Assembly: GCF_004010195.1 (NCBI RefSeq)
Contig: NC_057752.1
Span: 12,836,381 to 12,900,380, forward strand
DNA: 64,000 nt
Direction of reading: 5' to 3'
DNA from: Chiloscyllium plagiosum
Taxonomy: Eukaryota
The translations under genes were made by a program, and so were the position numbers. Of this stretch, positions 25,101 through 36,753 are shown one piece after another. Position 1 is the first letter of the stretch. Every line of letters begins with the position of its first letter. The notes beneath the pieces were generated by a model that saw nothing but the letters and a program-made list of their open reading frames with translations, was not told the DNA's origin and made no database searches.

Positions 25101-26384
25101 CCTAATGGGATCTAAGGCTTCATGTAATTGCAGCAAGACATCCCTGCCCCTGTACTCGAATCCTCTTGTCATAAAGGCGAACCTTCCTGATAGTCTGCCT
25201 CAACACCATTCCTATGTTGTGGGTCAAAGCCCCATTCCAGAAACTCCCTGCCCAATTTGGACATTGCCGTGCGTTGCTGTAGTTAAAGGTGGAACCAGAG
25301 CTTTGTGTATCTGGTGAAGTCCTGTTACTGATCCCATGACGAGCCTTGAGGGACAACATCCTTCCTCTGGTGTCCCTTTGCAGGGTAACAAAGTACTATA
25401 AAGTTCAACCCAAGTTCAATTCTAGAAGAGTGGAACTCAAATGCCAAATAATAATGTGAAACCTATTCAGTCTTTTCTGGTAGGTACATGTGACTCCAGA
25501 TCCACAGCAATGTGGTTGACTCTTAACTGTCCTCTGTGCAATGAGGGATGGGCAATAAATACTGGCCCAGCCAGCAACACTGTCATCGTGTGAATGAATC
25601 ACAAAGACCCCCTTTATCCAGAGAACAGGAGAATGTAGGACTGGCTCCCACAGGGAGTAGTTGAGGTGAATAGCATGAATAAATTTAAGGGGAACCTGGA
25701 TAAACAAATGAGGGAGAAAGGAATAGAGGGATATCTTGACAGAGTGAGATGAAATAGAATGGAAGCAGATTTGTGTGGAACATAAACTAAATGCTGGCTA
25801 CGACCAGATGGGCTGAATGATCTGTTTCCATGCTGTATGTTGTTATTTTATACAAAACAGCCCCAAAGGTCATTAGTCACACTGTTTAACAGATCTTACA
25901 CTATGGAAAAGGATTGCCACATTTGTCGCTTAGCAACAGTTGCTGCTTTTCAGCTGTATTTGGGACACGTTGAGGCACTTGTTGCACATGATCAGATGTC
26001 TTACTGAAAATTAAGCTGTTCTTTCACTTTCGATTTGACCCATGCTGTTTCCAACCCGAAACTGATGCTGAATGATTTTTGTCATATTTAAAGGTGCTTA
26101 AAATGACAAACTCTCAGCGGGAAATCTGGGAACAGAAACTAGTGGGTGATCAAAAGTCAACTTGCAGAAAGGAAATGATGCTTTCTTCCACAAGATGGCA
26201 TCCTTATTCTCTTCAACAGAATTCCAGTTTTTATCTGGTTTGACCACTTATTGCTATGACGACTGTTACGGTTCTTCATGTTTTCTTACCTTTAATTAAT
26301 TTTGAATTTAATTTGCTATTTTTAATTTGAGTTTAGTGGCAGCGTAAATTTGGTACATATCATACAGCTTATATTTTCACTCAT

Positions 26385-26880
26385 ACATTTAATACAACAA
26401 AGCATTCCAAGACACAAGAGGGCATGCAACAATTGACACTGAGCCATGGAAGGGGATATCAGGTCAGATGACTAAAAGCTTGGTTAAAAAGGTAGTTTTG
26501 AAGAAATGGTTTAAAAGAGGAAATTGTGTTAGAGAGGCAGAGAACCTTAGTGGGGGAAATTCCAGTGTTTGGGGCCCAGTCAGTTGAAGGCACAGCCATT
26601 GATGGGAGAGTGATTAAAATGGCAGATGCTCAAGAAGCCAGAATTGGAGGAGCTCAGATATCTTGAAGGGTCATAGGGTTGTAGGGGACAATGTCAATCT
26701 GAAATAACGTTGCTTGTCTTCCAGTCAGTGTAGGTCAGCGAGCACTAGGATGATGGTGACTGGGACTGGGTGCAATTTTGGACACACAGAGCAAGGGATT
26801 GGATGACCTCTGATTTTTGGTGGGTAGAATGTGGCACACCAGCTGGGAGTGTATTGGAGTAATCGAATTGAGAAGTAACT
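26385..26880 (-). mobile_element. L2-like LINE 3' end, decayed
   Basis: Minus strand gccttcaactgactgggccccaaacactggaattt and aaaactacctttttaaccaagctttt (A-F..GP..WN and KTYLF-type C-terminus); plus-strand homologue at 51120-51425. Confidence 0.6.
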
Positions 26881-26884
26881 GTAA

Positions 26885-27400
26885 GACATACAAACAAAAG
26901 TAAGCCGTTTGATCCATCAATTTTGATGTTCTGTTCAACAAGATCATGGCTGATCTGATAATCTTCAATTCCACTTTCCTGTCTTTTCACCATCACCCTC
27001 GATACCCTTCCTGATTAAACATCTCTCTGTCTCGGCCTTGAATATACTTAATGACCCAGCCTCGACCACCCTCTATGGTAAAGAATTCCACAGACTCACT
27101 CCCCTCTCCTCATGAGACAGTCCCTCCATACCCAGGATCAGCCGAGTGAACCTTCTCTGGTCTGCCTCCAATGTCAGCCTGTCTTTCCTCCAATAAGGGG
27201 CCCAAAACTGTTCACTGTATTCCTATTGTGGTCTGACTAATGCCTTGTATAGTTTTGTAAAAATCTCTTTTTTTTTACTTTGGAATAAAGGCCAACATTT
27301 CATCTGCCTTCTCCATTACTGCTGAACTTGGATGGAAGCTTTTTGTGATTCATGGACAAGCACTCCCAGCTTTCTGCAGTCTGTCCCTATTTAAAGACTG
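26885..27400 (-). mobile_element. CR1 3' fragment with internal deletions
   Basis: agatcatggctgatctgataatc, aaagaattccacagactcac and aggccaacatt motifs shared with 40200-40760. Confidence 0.75.
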
Positions 27401-28039
27401 TATCAGGTCAGCTCTTGACCCTGAGGTGCTTTTGAACATGATTATCTCCACCACAAACTCCTCTCTATTAAGCTACCATTTCATTTCATTCCCTGGTAAC
27501 AGTCTGTGATGAAACCAGACTGCTCACAACCTTCATGGTAAATATGACTCACATAAGGCTCCGACCGAACATCAGTTGACTCTGCCCCTGGTTGCAGTTC
27601 ATCTGCTTCTGTAACCCTCATCCGTGCTTTGAGTTAGAAGCACAGTCAGTGTGAGTGACACAGCGACCAACTGAGTATATCTGGGAACTTTGTTCAAAGT
27701 GGGAATTCACTGCAGATGGAGAAGGAGCTGCTTTAAGCAAGGTGTACTGCAGGACGTAATGTCTCCAGAGTGAGAGGTAAATGGGAAAGGATTAAAGGCA
27801 CGGTTTCAGAGTCCAACAGTCAATAAAATCAGTATGAATGACATTACAAATCACAGTCTGACATCAGTGCAGGGAAAGCAGTGAGTAGGATTGGTGAGTA
27901 TTTTGACTCTTAAAGGTAAAGTCTTCAGTTTGTATTTAGGTTTCCAGTCTTTTTTATCTCCCTTCCCCACCCCACCCCCACCTTCCTTAAAAATAGCTCA
28001 AGACTGAGATTGCTATTGATGAAACAAAATTACAAATAA

Positions 28040-28410
28040 AGTACAAAGAGCAGAGGATTCTTCAAGTAGATTCACTTGAGTTCAGAAGAATGAGAGGGAA
28101 CCTTAAGACTTGCCAGGGGAGATGTAGAAAGGTAATTCTCCCTTGTGGGAGAGAGTCTAGGACCAGAGGGTACAATCCCAGAATAAGGGGTCACCCATTG
28201 CAAGCTGAGATGAGGTGGATTTTCTTCTGAGGGGAGTGATTCTGTGGAATTCTTTACTATAGAGGGTGGTCGAGGCTGGGTCAGTGAGTATATTCCAGGC
28301 TGAGACAGATTTTTTTAATCAGCAAGGGAATCAAGAGTAATTGGGAGAAGGCAGGAAAGTGGAGTTGGGCATTATCAGATCAGCCATGATCTTCTTGAAT
28401 GGCCGAGTAG
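28040..28410 (+). mobile_element. CR1 3' fragment
   Basis: gagttcagaagaatgagagggaacc, gagtctaggaccagagggtac, tctgtggaattctttac, gatcagccatgatc. Confidence 0.75.
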
Positions 28411-29424
28411 GCCCTCCCACTTTGAGAGCTCACCTGCTGCCCTTGTTTGGACAGGGAACCTGTATCCATCCCAGATAAAGGGGCAACCGTTGCAAGGTGA
28501 CCGTTTTCCCTTGGGAGAGCAGGTTCAGACCTCGTGAACAGTTGCCCAGCCTTCAACATGCCTCCCCATAGATTCTTCCTGACCAGTGGTTTTCAGGCAT
28601 TGTCAGCACAGAGCTTGAACTATCAGACCTGCATATTGGGGATTCTGACACCAGGATCCATCATGCACTTGTGCCCAGTATTCAATCCATTCATTTGAAG
28701 ATTGTGTAGGAAGGCAAAACATTGGCACCTGACATCCCATGATCCTATGCTCGGACTTGCTAACCTTTGGTTGCAAGAAAGCTGTAAGACAAATGTGGCT
28801 CAAGCAGGCAATTGGCGTCTTGGAGGAAATGGCGTAAATGGCCACTTTTAGTCAGTGAGATTACAGGATACAGAATCTGGGGTACAGTGGCAATAAACAA
28901 GGTACTGGCCCTTTAAATCAATACTGCACTATCAAAGCCTCTTTAAGAACTTTCTTCATCTGTGGTTTGACAAGGCAAATATTTCAAGAATGACTTTGAT
29001 TTATGACCATGTGTAAATATTTTAAAGATATTTTTGGGCAACTGACTAAAGTAACATAGAAGAGGTCTTTTACCAAGTTCCTTTTTAATACTGTCTTCAG
29101 AATATGCCATAAGACTGTTTGCTCCATTTCAGTCCCCCTGTTTGATTAAATGTATCAGAGTCACAGAACTTTGTATTTTATCAAATAAATGGGAGGTCTG
29201 CCCAGTTTCCATTGCAATTTACGACCCACTAACAAAACCATGGGAACAGATGGTTTCAGACCATGAACTTCCGGGAGCATTTGATTTTCATTCACTCTGT
29301 CAATCACAAATAGCCTGCAATCATGAGTGTTTCATGGCCCTCTGGTTTAATGAGTCACTTAAAACCAAAATAAATTCTGCAAAGTTCATTAGTACAGATG
29401 TCTGTGTGGATTTCTTTTCTATGC

Positions 29425-30385
29425 TTTAATGGAATTTGGATGTCTCTGGCTGGGCCAGCATTTATTGCCCATCGCTAATTGCCCCGTTGAGAAGGTGGTG
29501 GTGAGCTGCCGCCTTGAACCACTCCAGTCCATGTGCTGTAGGTTGCCCTTAGGGAGGGAGTTACAGGATTTTGACTCAGCAACAGTGAAGGATACATTTC
29601 CAAGTCAGGATGGTGAGGGGCTTGGAGGGGAACTTGCAGGGGGTGGTGTTCCCATGTATTTGCTGTCCTTGTCCTTCTGGATGGAAGTGGTTGTGGGTTT
29701 GGAAGGTGCTGTCTGAGGATCTTACGTGAATTCCTGCAGTGCATCTTGTAGATGGTACACACTGCTGCTACTGAGCGTAGGTGGGGGGAGGGAGTGGATG
29801 TTTGTGGATGTGGGGCCAATCAAGCGGCTGCTTTGTCCTGGATGGTGTCGAGCTTCTTGAGTGTTGTTGGAGCTACCCCCATCCAGGCAAGTGGGGAGTA
29901 TTCCATCACACTCCTGACTTGTGTCTTGTAGATGGTGGAACAGGCTTTGGGGAGTCAGGAGGTGAGCTACTTGCTGCAGTATTCCTAACCTCTGACCTGC
30001 TCTTGGAGCCACTGCATTTATTTGGCTAGTATAGTTCAGTTTCTGGTCAATGGTAACCCCCAGGATATTGATAGAGGGCAGTGATGATGGCATTGAATCT
30101 CAAGATGTAATAGTTGTACTGTCTCTTATCAGAAATAGTCATTATATGGCATTTATGTATCACCGTTGGAACTTTCCAGTTGTTGACACAACCCTGGACA
30201 TTGTCTTGTTGCATATGGACACGGATTGCTTCAGTATCTGAGGAATCACAAATGGTGCTGAACATTGTGCAATCATCAGCGATGGAGGGAAGGTCATTGA
30301 TGTAGCAGTTGAAGATGGTTGGGCCTTGGACACTGCCCTGAGGAACTCCTGTAGAGATGACTGATCTCAACCGACCACAACTACA
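29425..30385 (-). mobile_element. LINE-B fragment including RT motifs
   Basis: GVPQGSVQGPTIFNCYINDLP, ADD and INILGVTIDQKLN, followed by the LINE-B C-terminus and tail. Confidence 0.88.
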
Positions 30386-30814
30386 GGAATGTGGCTGCGC
30401 AGTTCAGAGTATAAAAGAATGTGAGGCATAGTCATCAATGATAGATATTGAAAAGACTCTTACTGATCACCTGAGACTTCAAACTCTGACAATCACAGCC
30501 AACTTCAACTTTCAGGCAACTGTAAACAAGGGGCGCAATGACCAACCAGTGAGCATGATGCATTAGAATGAATAGAAGCAGCATGAAACAACCTTGCACC
30601 CTGTGGCTCAATGGTCAGCACTCTTACCTTGGAGGCCAGGAGGTTTTGTGTGTTCAAATCCCACTAGAGTGTGCAGTCCAGGCTGGTGCTGCAGGCCAGC
30701 ATTGTAGCCATAATGTAGCAGATATGCTTCACTGAGGCTTTGTAAACCCTATCTGGGAAAAAGGCTTCTCTGTAGTTTGGATTAGAGTCCAAACCACCTG
30801 GGGTAAAATGAGCA

Positions 30815-31355
30815 GTCATAGAGTCGTATGGTATGGAAACAAACCCTTCGGCCCATCTTGCCCATGCCAACCAAGTTTTACAAACTAAAATAGTCTTACT
30901 TGCCTGTATTTGGCCCTTACCCCTCTAAACCTTTCCTATTCATGTACCTTTCCAAAAGTCTTTTAAATGTTGTAAATGTACCTGCGTCTGCCATTTCCCC
31001 TGGCAGTTCGTTCCACATACGACCCACCCTCTATGTGAAAAGGTTGCCCCTCATCCCTTTTAAACCATTCTCCTCTCACCTTAACATTATGCCCCCCCCC
31101 CCCCCTTGTTTTGGGCTCCCCTACCCTGGGAAAAGACCTTGACTATTCACTTTATAAAATCATGAGGGGTATAGATAAACCTCGATAAGGTCGCCCTTCA
31201 ATCTCCGACACTCCAGTGAAAAAGGTCCCAGTCTATCCAGTCTCTCCTTATAACTCAAACCCTCCAGTCCCAGTTAATGTCCACACACATCTTTTCTGCA
31301 CCCTCTCCAATTTAATAATATCCTTTCTGTAGCAGGGCGACCAGAACTGGACAGT
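30815..31355 (-). mobile_element. CR1 3' fragment
   Basis: Reverse-complement similarity to 6050-6570 and 18030-18540. Confidence 0.85.
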
Positions 31356-32424
31356 TTTGTTTTCTGGCGATGAGATCACGCTATTGTCAAACTGCAATGG
31401 TCTACAATTTGCTGGCTGGTCTGCCAAATGTATCTATCAATGAACATAATTGAAAATAATGGTCTGATCTTGGTTCTGTTGTAGCTGTGGGATCTTGCTG
31501 TGCATGCATTGGCTTCTGCATTACTTAACTTCTACTAGTGACCACACTTTAGCTGTCCTTCATTGGTTGCAAAGGGTTTTGAGACATCCTGAGTGCTCGA
31601 GTGTTGCTATAAAAATGTAATGGGTGATGGGAGCATAGTGAGTGCAATAACAAACCTTCCTAATGTTGATCAAGCTCTACCAGTGTTTGTTGCAGAGGCG
31701 GGTACAGGGCCTCTTTATCTCCTTTCGTAAGTGTGCGGAAATACACTTCCGCAGGGTAGGGGCAACCTATTCTGCAAATGATCAAAAATGTGAACTATGA
31801 CCAATGTAATCTCTAGGGTGGTTAATGTCTGACTGTGAGCACTGTAAGTAAAAAGCAACACACATCAGGTTTCATCTGTGAAGGAGAAAAAAAAATTATT
31901 TCTTAGAACAAACATCCTTGAACATTGAGCAAAGGCAAAACACAAACATACGAACTTAAACTATACCCCTTTTGTATTCATTCATACATAGGACAGTCAG
32001 GGCAGGAATATTGTGGGTGGAAAATATAGTCAAAAGAAGCACGAGGTCTTTGGATCAGAGTCCACACAGAGGGGATGGAATTTTTTATTGTTTCTTGCAA
32101 TTAAGTCACACTCTTGTCAACCATGGCAAACCTTAATTCAATGGTCAGACATTTGAAACTAGGTCTTGGCTTACACTTGCAGTTCTTTCATTTCGCAAAG
32201 TCGTTTTGAGTGTTATTTATTTTCCATTCTTGAAGCACAGGGAGAGACCTCATTTGCTGGCAGGCTTTTTGCAGGGCTGAGCCCCAACTGTTCTCTCTCT
32301 CTCTGTGACAAACTGCCACCTACAACCAATCCACAAGCTATTGCTGGGCAGTTCTCTTTATTTTCCTCATGCACACCTGGTGCCAGCAAATCTTACAAAA
32401 GATTTTTACAAATATTATTGTTCA

Positions 32425-32830
32425 TTAAATCAGCCGGGCTGCTTTATCCTGGATGGTGTCGAGCTTCTTGAGTGTTGGACCTGCCCCCATCCAGGCAAGT
32501 GGGGAGTATTCCCTCACACTCCTGACTTGTGCCTTGTAGATGGTGGGACAGGCTTTGGAGAGTTAGGAGGTGAGTTACTCACTGTAGGATTCCTAGCATC
32601 TGACCTGCTCTTGTAGCCACTGTATTTATATAGTGAGTTCAGTTCAGTTTCTGGTCAATCCCAGGATGTTGATAATGGGGGAATTCAGTGATGGCAACGT
32701 CATTGAATGTCAAGGGGCGATGGCTAACTTTTCTCTTATTGATGATGGTCATTGCTTGGGATTTTGTGTGGTGCAAATGTTACTTGTCATTTATTCATCC
32801 AAACCTGAATGTTGTCCAATTCTTGTTGCT
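32425..32830 (-). mobile_element. LINE-B internal fragment
   Basis: ccaggcaagtggggagtattcc...ctcctgacttgtgccttgtagatggtgg shared with 29820-30130. Confidence 0.8.
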
Positions 32831-33159
32831 TTTCAACAACATGTAAAGTCGACTGAGCATCATTAAACAAAGAGACAAGGTGGTGTAGCTTTTTATCTTA
32901 CTCTAATCGGGCCAATCCCAACAATTGGTAGTGTGTCAGGAAAAGGTGATGATAGGTTTGCAACTGTAATTGTTGATTAGCCATGATCTTTTTGAATTGT
33001 ACATTAAGCTTGAGAAGCCGAGTGGCCTACTCCTGCTCCTCATTCTTGGACGTACTTTCATATATCTTGGTAAGGAGAGGTCATAACGACTGACTAGGCT
33101 TTTCCATTGGGCCTCCAGTTTCTTGCCATGACAGAGTGGGAGCTGGGCAATTTCAGAGG

Positions 33160-33452
33160 GTAAAAGTGCTGAAAATGTGTTGCTGGAAAAGTGCAGCAGG
33201 TCAGGCAGCATCCAGGGAACAGGAGAATCGACATTTCGGGCATAAGCCCTTCTTCAGGAATGAGGAAAGTTTGTCCAGCAGGCTAAGATAAAAGGTAGGG
33301 AGGAGGCACTTGGAGGAGGGGCGTCGGAAATGTGATAGGTGGAAAGAGGTCAAGGTGAGGGTGATAGGTCAGACTGGGGTGGGGGCGGAGAGGTCAGGAA
33401 GAAGATTGCAGGTTAGGAAGGCGGTGCTGAATTCGATGGATTTGACTGAGAC
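33160..33452 (-). mobile_element. PLE 3' end (family P1) with hammerhead motif
   Basis: Minus strand ttcCTGAAGAaGGGCttatGCCCGAAAtgtcgattctcctg at 33222-33260; upstream C-rich tract. Confidence 0.8.
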
Positions 33453-33985
33453 AAATGACTCAGTTATTAAATGACTTTGAGCTGTTGGAAAACAGCAGTG
33501 ACAATGGAGTGAATAACACCGCAGTCTCAAATCACGTTCTGTGGGCATCTGCTGTATTATTTAATGACACTGATCAAAGGCAGGGATTTGCAGAATTGTC
33601 ATGGGTTTTTATCTTTCAAAGTCAAACTTTCCAACGCCGCGGAAGACCTAAACATGGAGGAAATTGTCCTTTATCTCAGTGGTAGCACACTTTCCCTGAG
33701 ACAGCGGTTAAGAGTTCAAGACCCACTTTAGTACCTGAGCACCTCACACATGTTGACATTTCTCGCTGCACTGTCAGGAGATGTAGAGGAGGCAGGGGCC
33801 TTGTGGTATTATCGCTGCAGTGTTAACCCTGAGACCCTGGTAATGTTCTGGAAACCCAGGTTTGAATTCTGCTATGGCAGATGGTCAAATTTGTATTTAA
33901 TTAAAAACAAAATCTAGGGTTAAGAGTCTAATGATGACCACGAAACTGTTGTTGATTTTCGGAGAAACTCATTTGGTTCTCCTTT

Positions 33986-34280
33986 AGACAATAGACAATA
34001 GGTGCAGGAGTAGGCTATTTTGCCCTTCGAGCCTGCACCGCCATTCAATATGATCGTGGCTGATCATCCTTAATCAGTATCCTGTTCCTGCCTTATCTCC
34101 ATAACCCTTGATTCCACTATCCTTGAGAGCTCTATCCAACTCTTTCTTAAATGAATCCAGAGACTGGGCCTCCACTGCCCACTCGGGCAGAGCATTCCAC
34201 ACAGCCACCACTCTCTGAGTGAAGACGTTTCTCCTCATCTCTGTCCTAAATGGTCTACCCCGTATTTTTAAGCTGTGTCC
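33986..34280 (-). mobile_element. CR1 3' end, relatively young
   Basis: GHSLKIRGRPFRTEMRRNVFTQRVVAVWNALP; tail (ctattgt)2 seen as agacaatagacaatag. Confidence 0.88.
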
Positions 34281-34526
34281 AGTGTAGTTGCGGAAGATGG
34301 ACTGTTCCACATATCCTACGAAGAGGCAGGCATAGCTGGGGCCCATGCGGGTGCCCATGGCTACTCCTTTCGTTTGGAGGAAGTGGGAGGATTAGAAAGA
34401 GAAGTTGTTCAGGGTGAGGACAAAGCTGAAAATGTGTTGCTGGAAAAGCGCAGCAGGTCAGGCAGCATCCAAGGAACAGGAGAATCGACGTTAAGCTGAA
34501 AATGTGTTGCTGGAAAAGCGCAGCAG
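34278..34526 (-). mobile_element. PLE RT fragment joined to tandem P1 terminal-repeat pieces
   Basis: VLTLNNFSF.SSHFLQTKGVAMGTRMGPSYACLFVGYVEQ is the PLE-type RT G.AMG motif; 34422-34492 and 34493-34526 are direct repeats of the P1 terminus. Confidence 0.85.
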
Positions 34527-34716
34527 AGGGTGGCAGGCCTGGTGTGCCAATGTGAGAGGCAGGCCTACAGATCCCCCTGCCTGCCTGAGTGGGTACAACT
34601 GAAGCATGCCCCACGCCCCCCAACATCAGTAGGTTCTGTAGTCTCCCCTCAATCCCATTGCCAGTGGCGAACTGATATGGTGTCCGTTATTCTATTCAGA
34701 TTGTTAAATGGTTGGC

Positions 34717-35060
34717 TGGCATGGCAAGTTGGCTCAGTGGTTAGCACTGCTGCCTGACAGTGCCAGGGACCCAGCCTCGGGTGACTGTCTGTGTGGAGTT
34801 TGCACATTCTCCCAGTGTCTGTGTGGGATTCCTCCGGGTGCTCCAGTTTCCTCCCACAGTCAAAAGATGTGCAGGTTAGGTAGATTGGCCATGCTAAATT
34901 GTCCATCTTGTCCAGGGATGTGCAGCCTGGATGGATTAGCCATCGGAAATGCAGGGTTACAGGGGGCAGGGTAGGGGAGTGCGTCTGGTGGGATACTCTT
35001 CAGAGGATCCGTGTGGATTCGATGGGCTGAATGGCCTGCTTCCACACTGTCGGGATTCTA
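34717..35060 (+). mobile_element. HE1-like V-SINE
   Basis: ggctcagtggttagcactgctgcctgacag; gagtttgcacattctccc; tcctccgggtgctccagtttcctcccacagtc. Confidence 0.85.
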
Positions 35061-36324
35061 TTAAAAAAGGTGCTCTTTTTGAAGGCACATTTCCTGTTGC
35101 TTACCTCTTCGGGCATTGAGGTGTGCCCTGTAGCTGGACAACCTCTGGCCGCCAGATTGCGGGGGAGGCAATGCCTGCTGGTTTTATCACTCAACTGTTA
35201 ATCCAGAGATCCAGGTAATGATCTGGGGACCTGGGTTCAAATCTGCCACAGCAGATGATGGAATGTACAATGAAGAGACTAATGATTACCATGAAACCAT
35301 CACTGGGGGTGAAACCTGGGAAGGAAATCTGTCATTCTTACCTGCTGTGGCCTACATGTGACTCCAGACCCATATCAATGTGGCTCTTAACTACCCTCTG
35401 GGCATATAGGGATGGGAAATAAATGCTGGGTTAACCAATGATGCCCACATTCTGTGAATGAATTTAAAATTAAAAGTGTTGCAATGGGGTAAACGGTATT
35501 TTTTAAAAAAAGCTTTAAAAGGCTATCTGACAGGAATTTCAAAGGAAACCGTCCCTCTTGCAGTTAAAGGGGGCAAGCCTGGTCAAAATTTTTCCAACAA
35601 GTGACTGCATCCCATTACTCTTCTGCTCCTCCACTGGGGCCAAGTTGTACCCCAACTACTGTCCTGGCTCCTGTTTCTCGTCCCCAAAGCGAAAAATCAA
35701 CCTGTGGTTTTTCGGAGTGAGTGGGAGTGATTGATGGACTGGAGATTGCAAGGGAATGAATGGAAGTTGATTGGTATAGTGTGAATAGGCTGTAATGAGC
35801 ACATTGGGATTCTCTCTTTGAATAAAGAATGCCTAACCCAGATGTTGATACAATACTATGTTTTATTTATAAAATTACAAACAACAAGAGCACTAAGGGA
35901 ATTATGCAGTTCATGTGGTTCAGAAACAGAAGGCTTTACGGATGATAGCTGTTGTTTTTGACTTGTAAGATTACATATAAGCTGTGGTAGGATCGACAAG
36001 AGCTGCCAAAACACAAAGTGTGCGATTTATGTAGTCAGATAGAAAGGAATGTAACCAACTTAGCACCCCAACCTTTGCATTTTTTCCACATGCATCTGCG
36101 GCCGCAGTGTTTTTCTTTGCTAACTTAGCATTAAGTTCTGAAAATATTCCAGCCCAAATGCAACAGAAGTCATGAGTGATCTCTTAATGAGTCCCTTCTG
36201 AGAGCAGTCAGTAAGTCGAAAAGTGTATCCCACTGAGATCTCAATACATAAAGCAACTGCCCAGTGTTTTTCTGAGTGAACCAGCCCAGAATGTTTTGAG
36301 GTTGAATTCCTCTGAAAATTGCAG

Positions 36325-36500
36325 CAAGCACTCTCATCAGTGAGCTGGAAAGTTGTGGGTTCAAGTCTCACTCCGAAGGAATAATCATGTAGCCCAGGCT
36401 GAGACTCCAATGCAGGACTGAGGAAGTGCTGCACTGTCAGAGGTGTTGTCTTTCAGAATAGGGAGATTAATCCTCTCAGCTGAGCATGGAAGATCCCACG
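36325..36500 (+). mobile_element. Deu-domain-like SINE 5' part
   Basis: gtgggttcaagtctcactcc...caggctgagactccaatgcaggactgaggaagtgctgcactgtcagaggtg. Confidence 0.65.
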
Positions 36501-36753
36501 CCGCTCAGTGATTTCAGTTGGTTCAGGTTTCAGGGCAATGCAATGGGTCTAAGAACATGTGCACCTCTCTCAGTCTCTGGTCTGGGGGAGTTCAGAGGAT
36601 CAGCCAGGGACCCTCCCTCCTGGTTTTGATGCAATGGATGCCTGGGTGAGGACAAGCTTGCATGGGATGCTTGGTGTCGTAGAGAAAATATTCCAGCCCA
36701 AATGCAACAGAAGTCATGAGTGATCTCTTAATGAGTCCCTTCTGAAAGCAGTC

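Noticed and set aside
36097..36108. ctgcggccgcag palindrome (NotI site)
   Set aside because: Isolated; compatible with chance, with no vector or CpG-island context.
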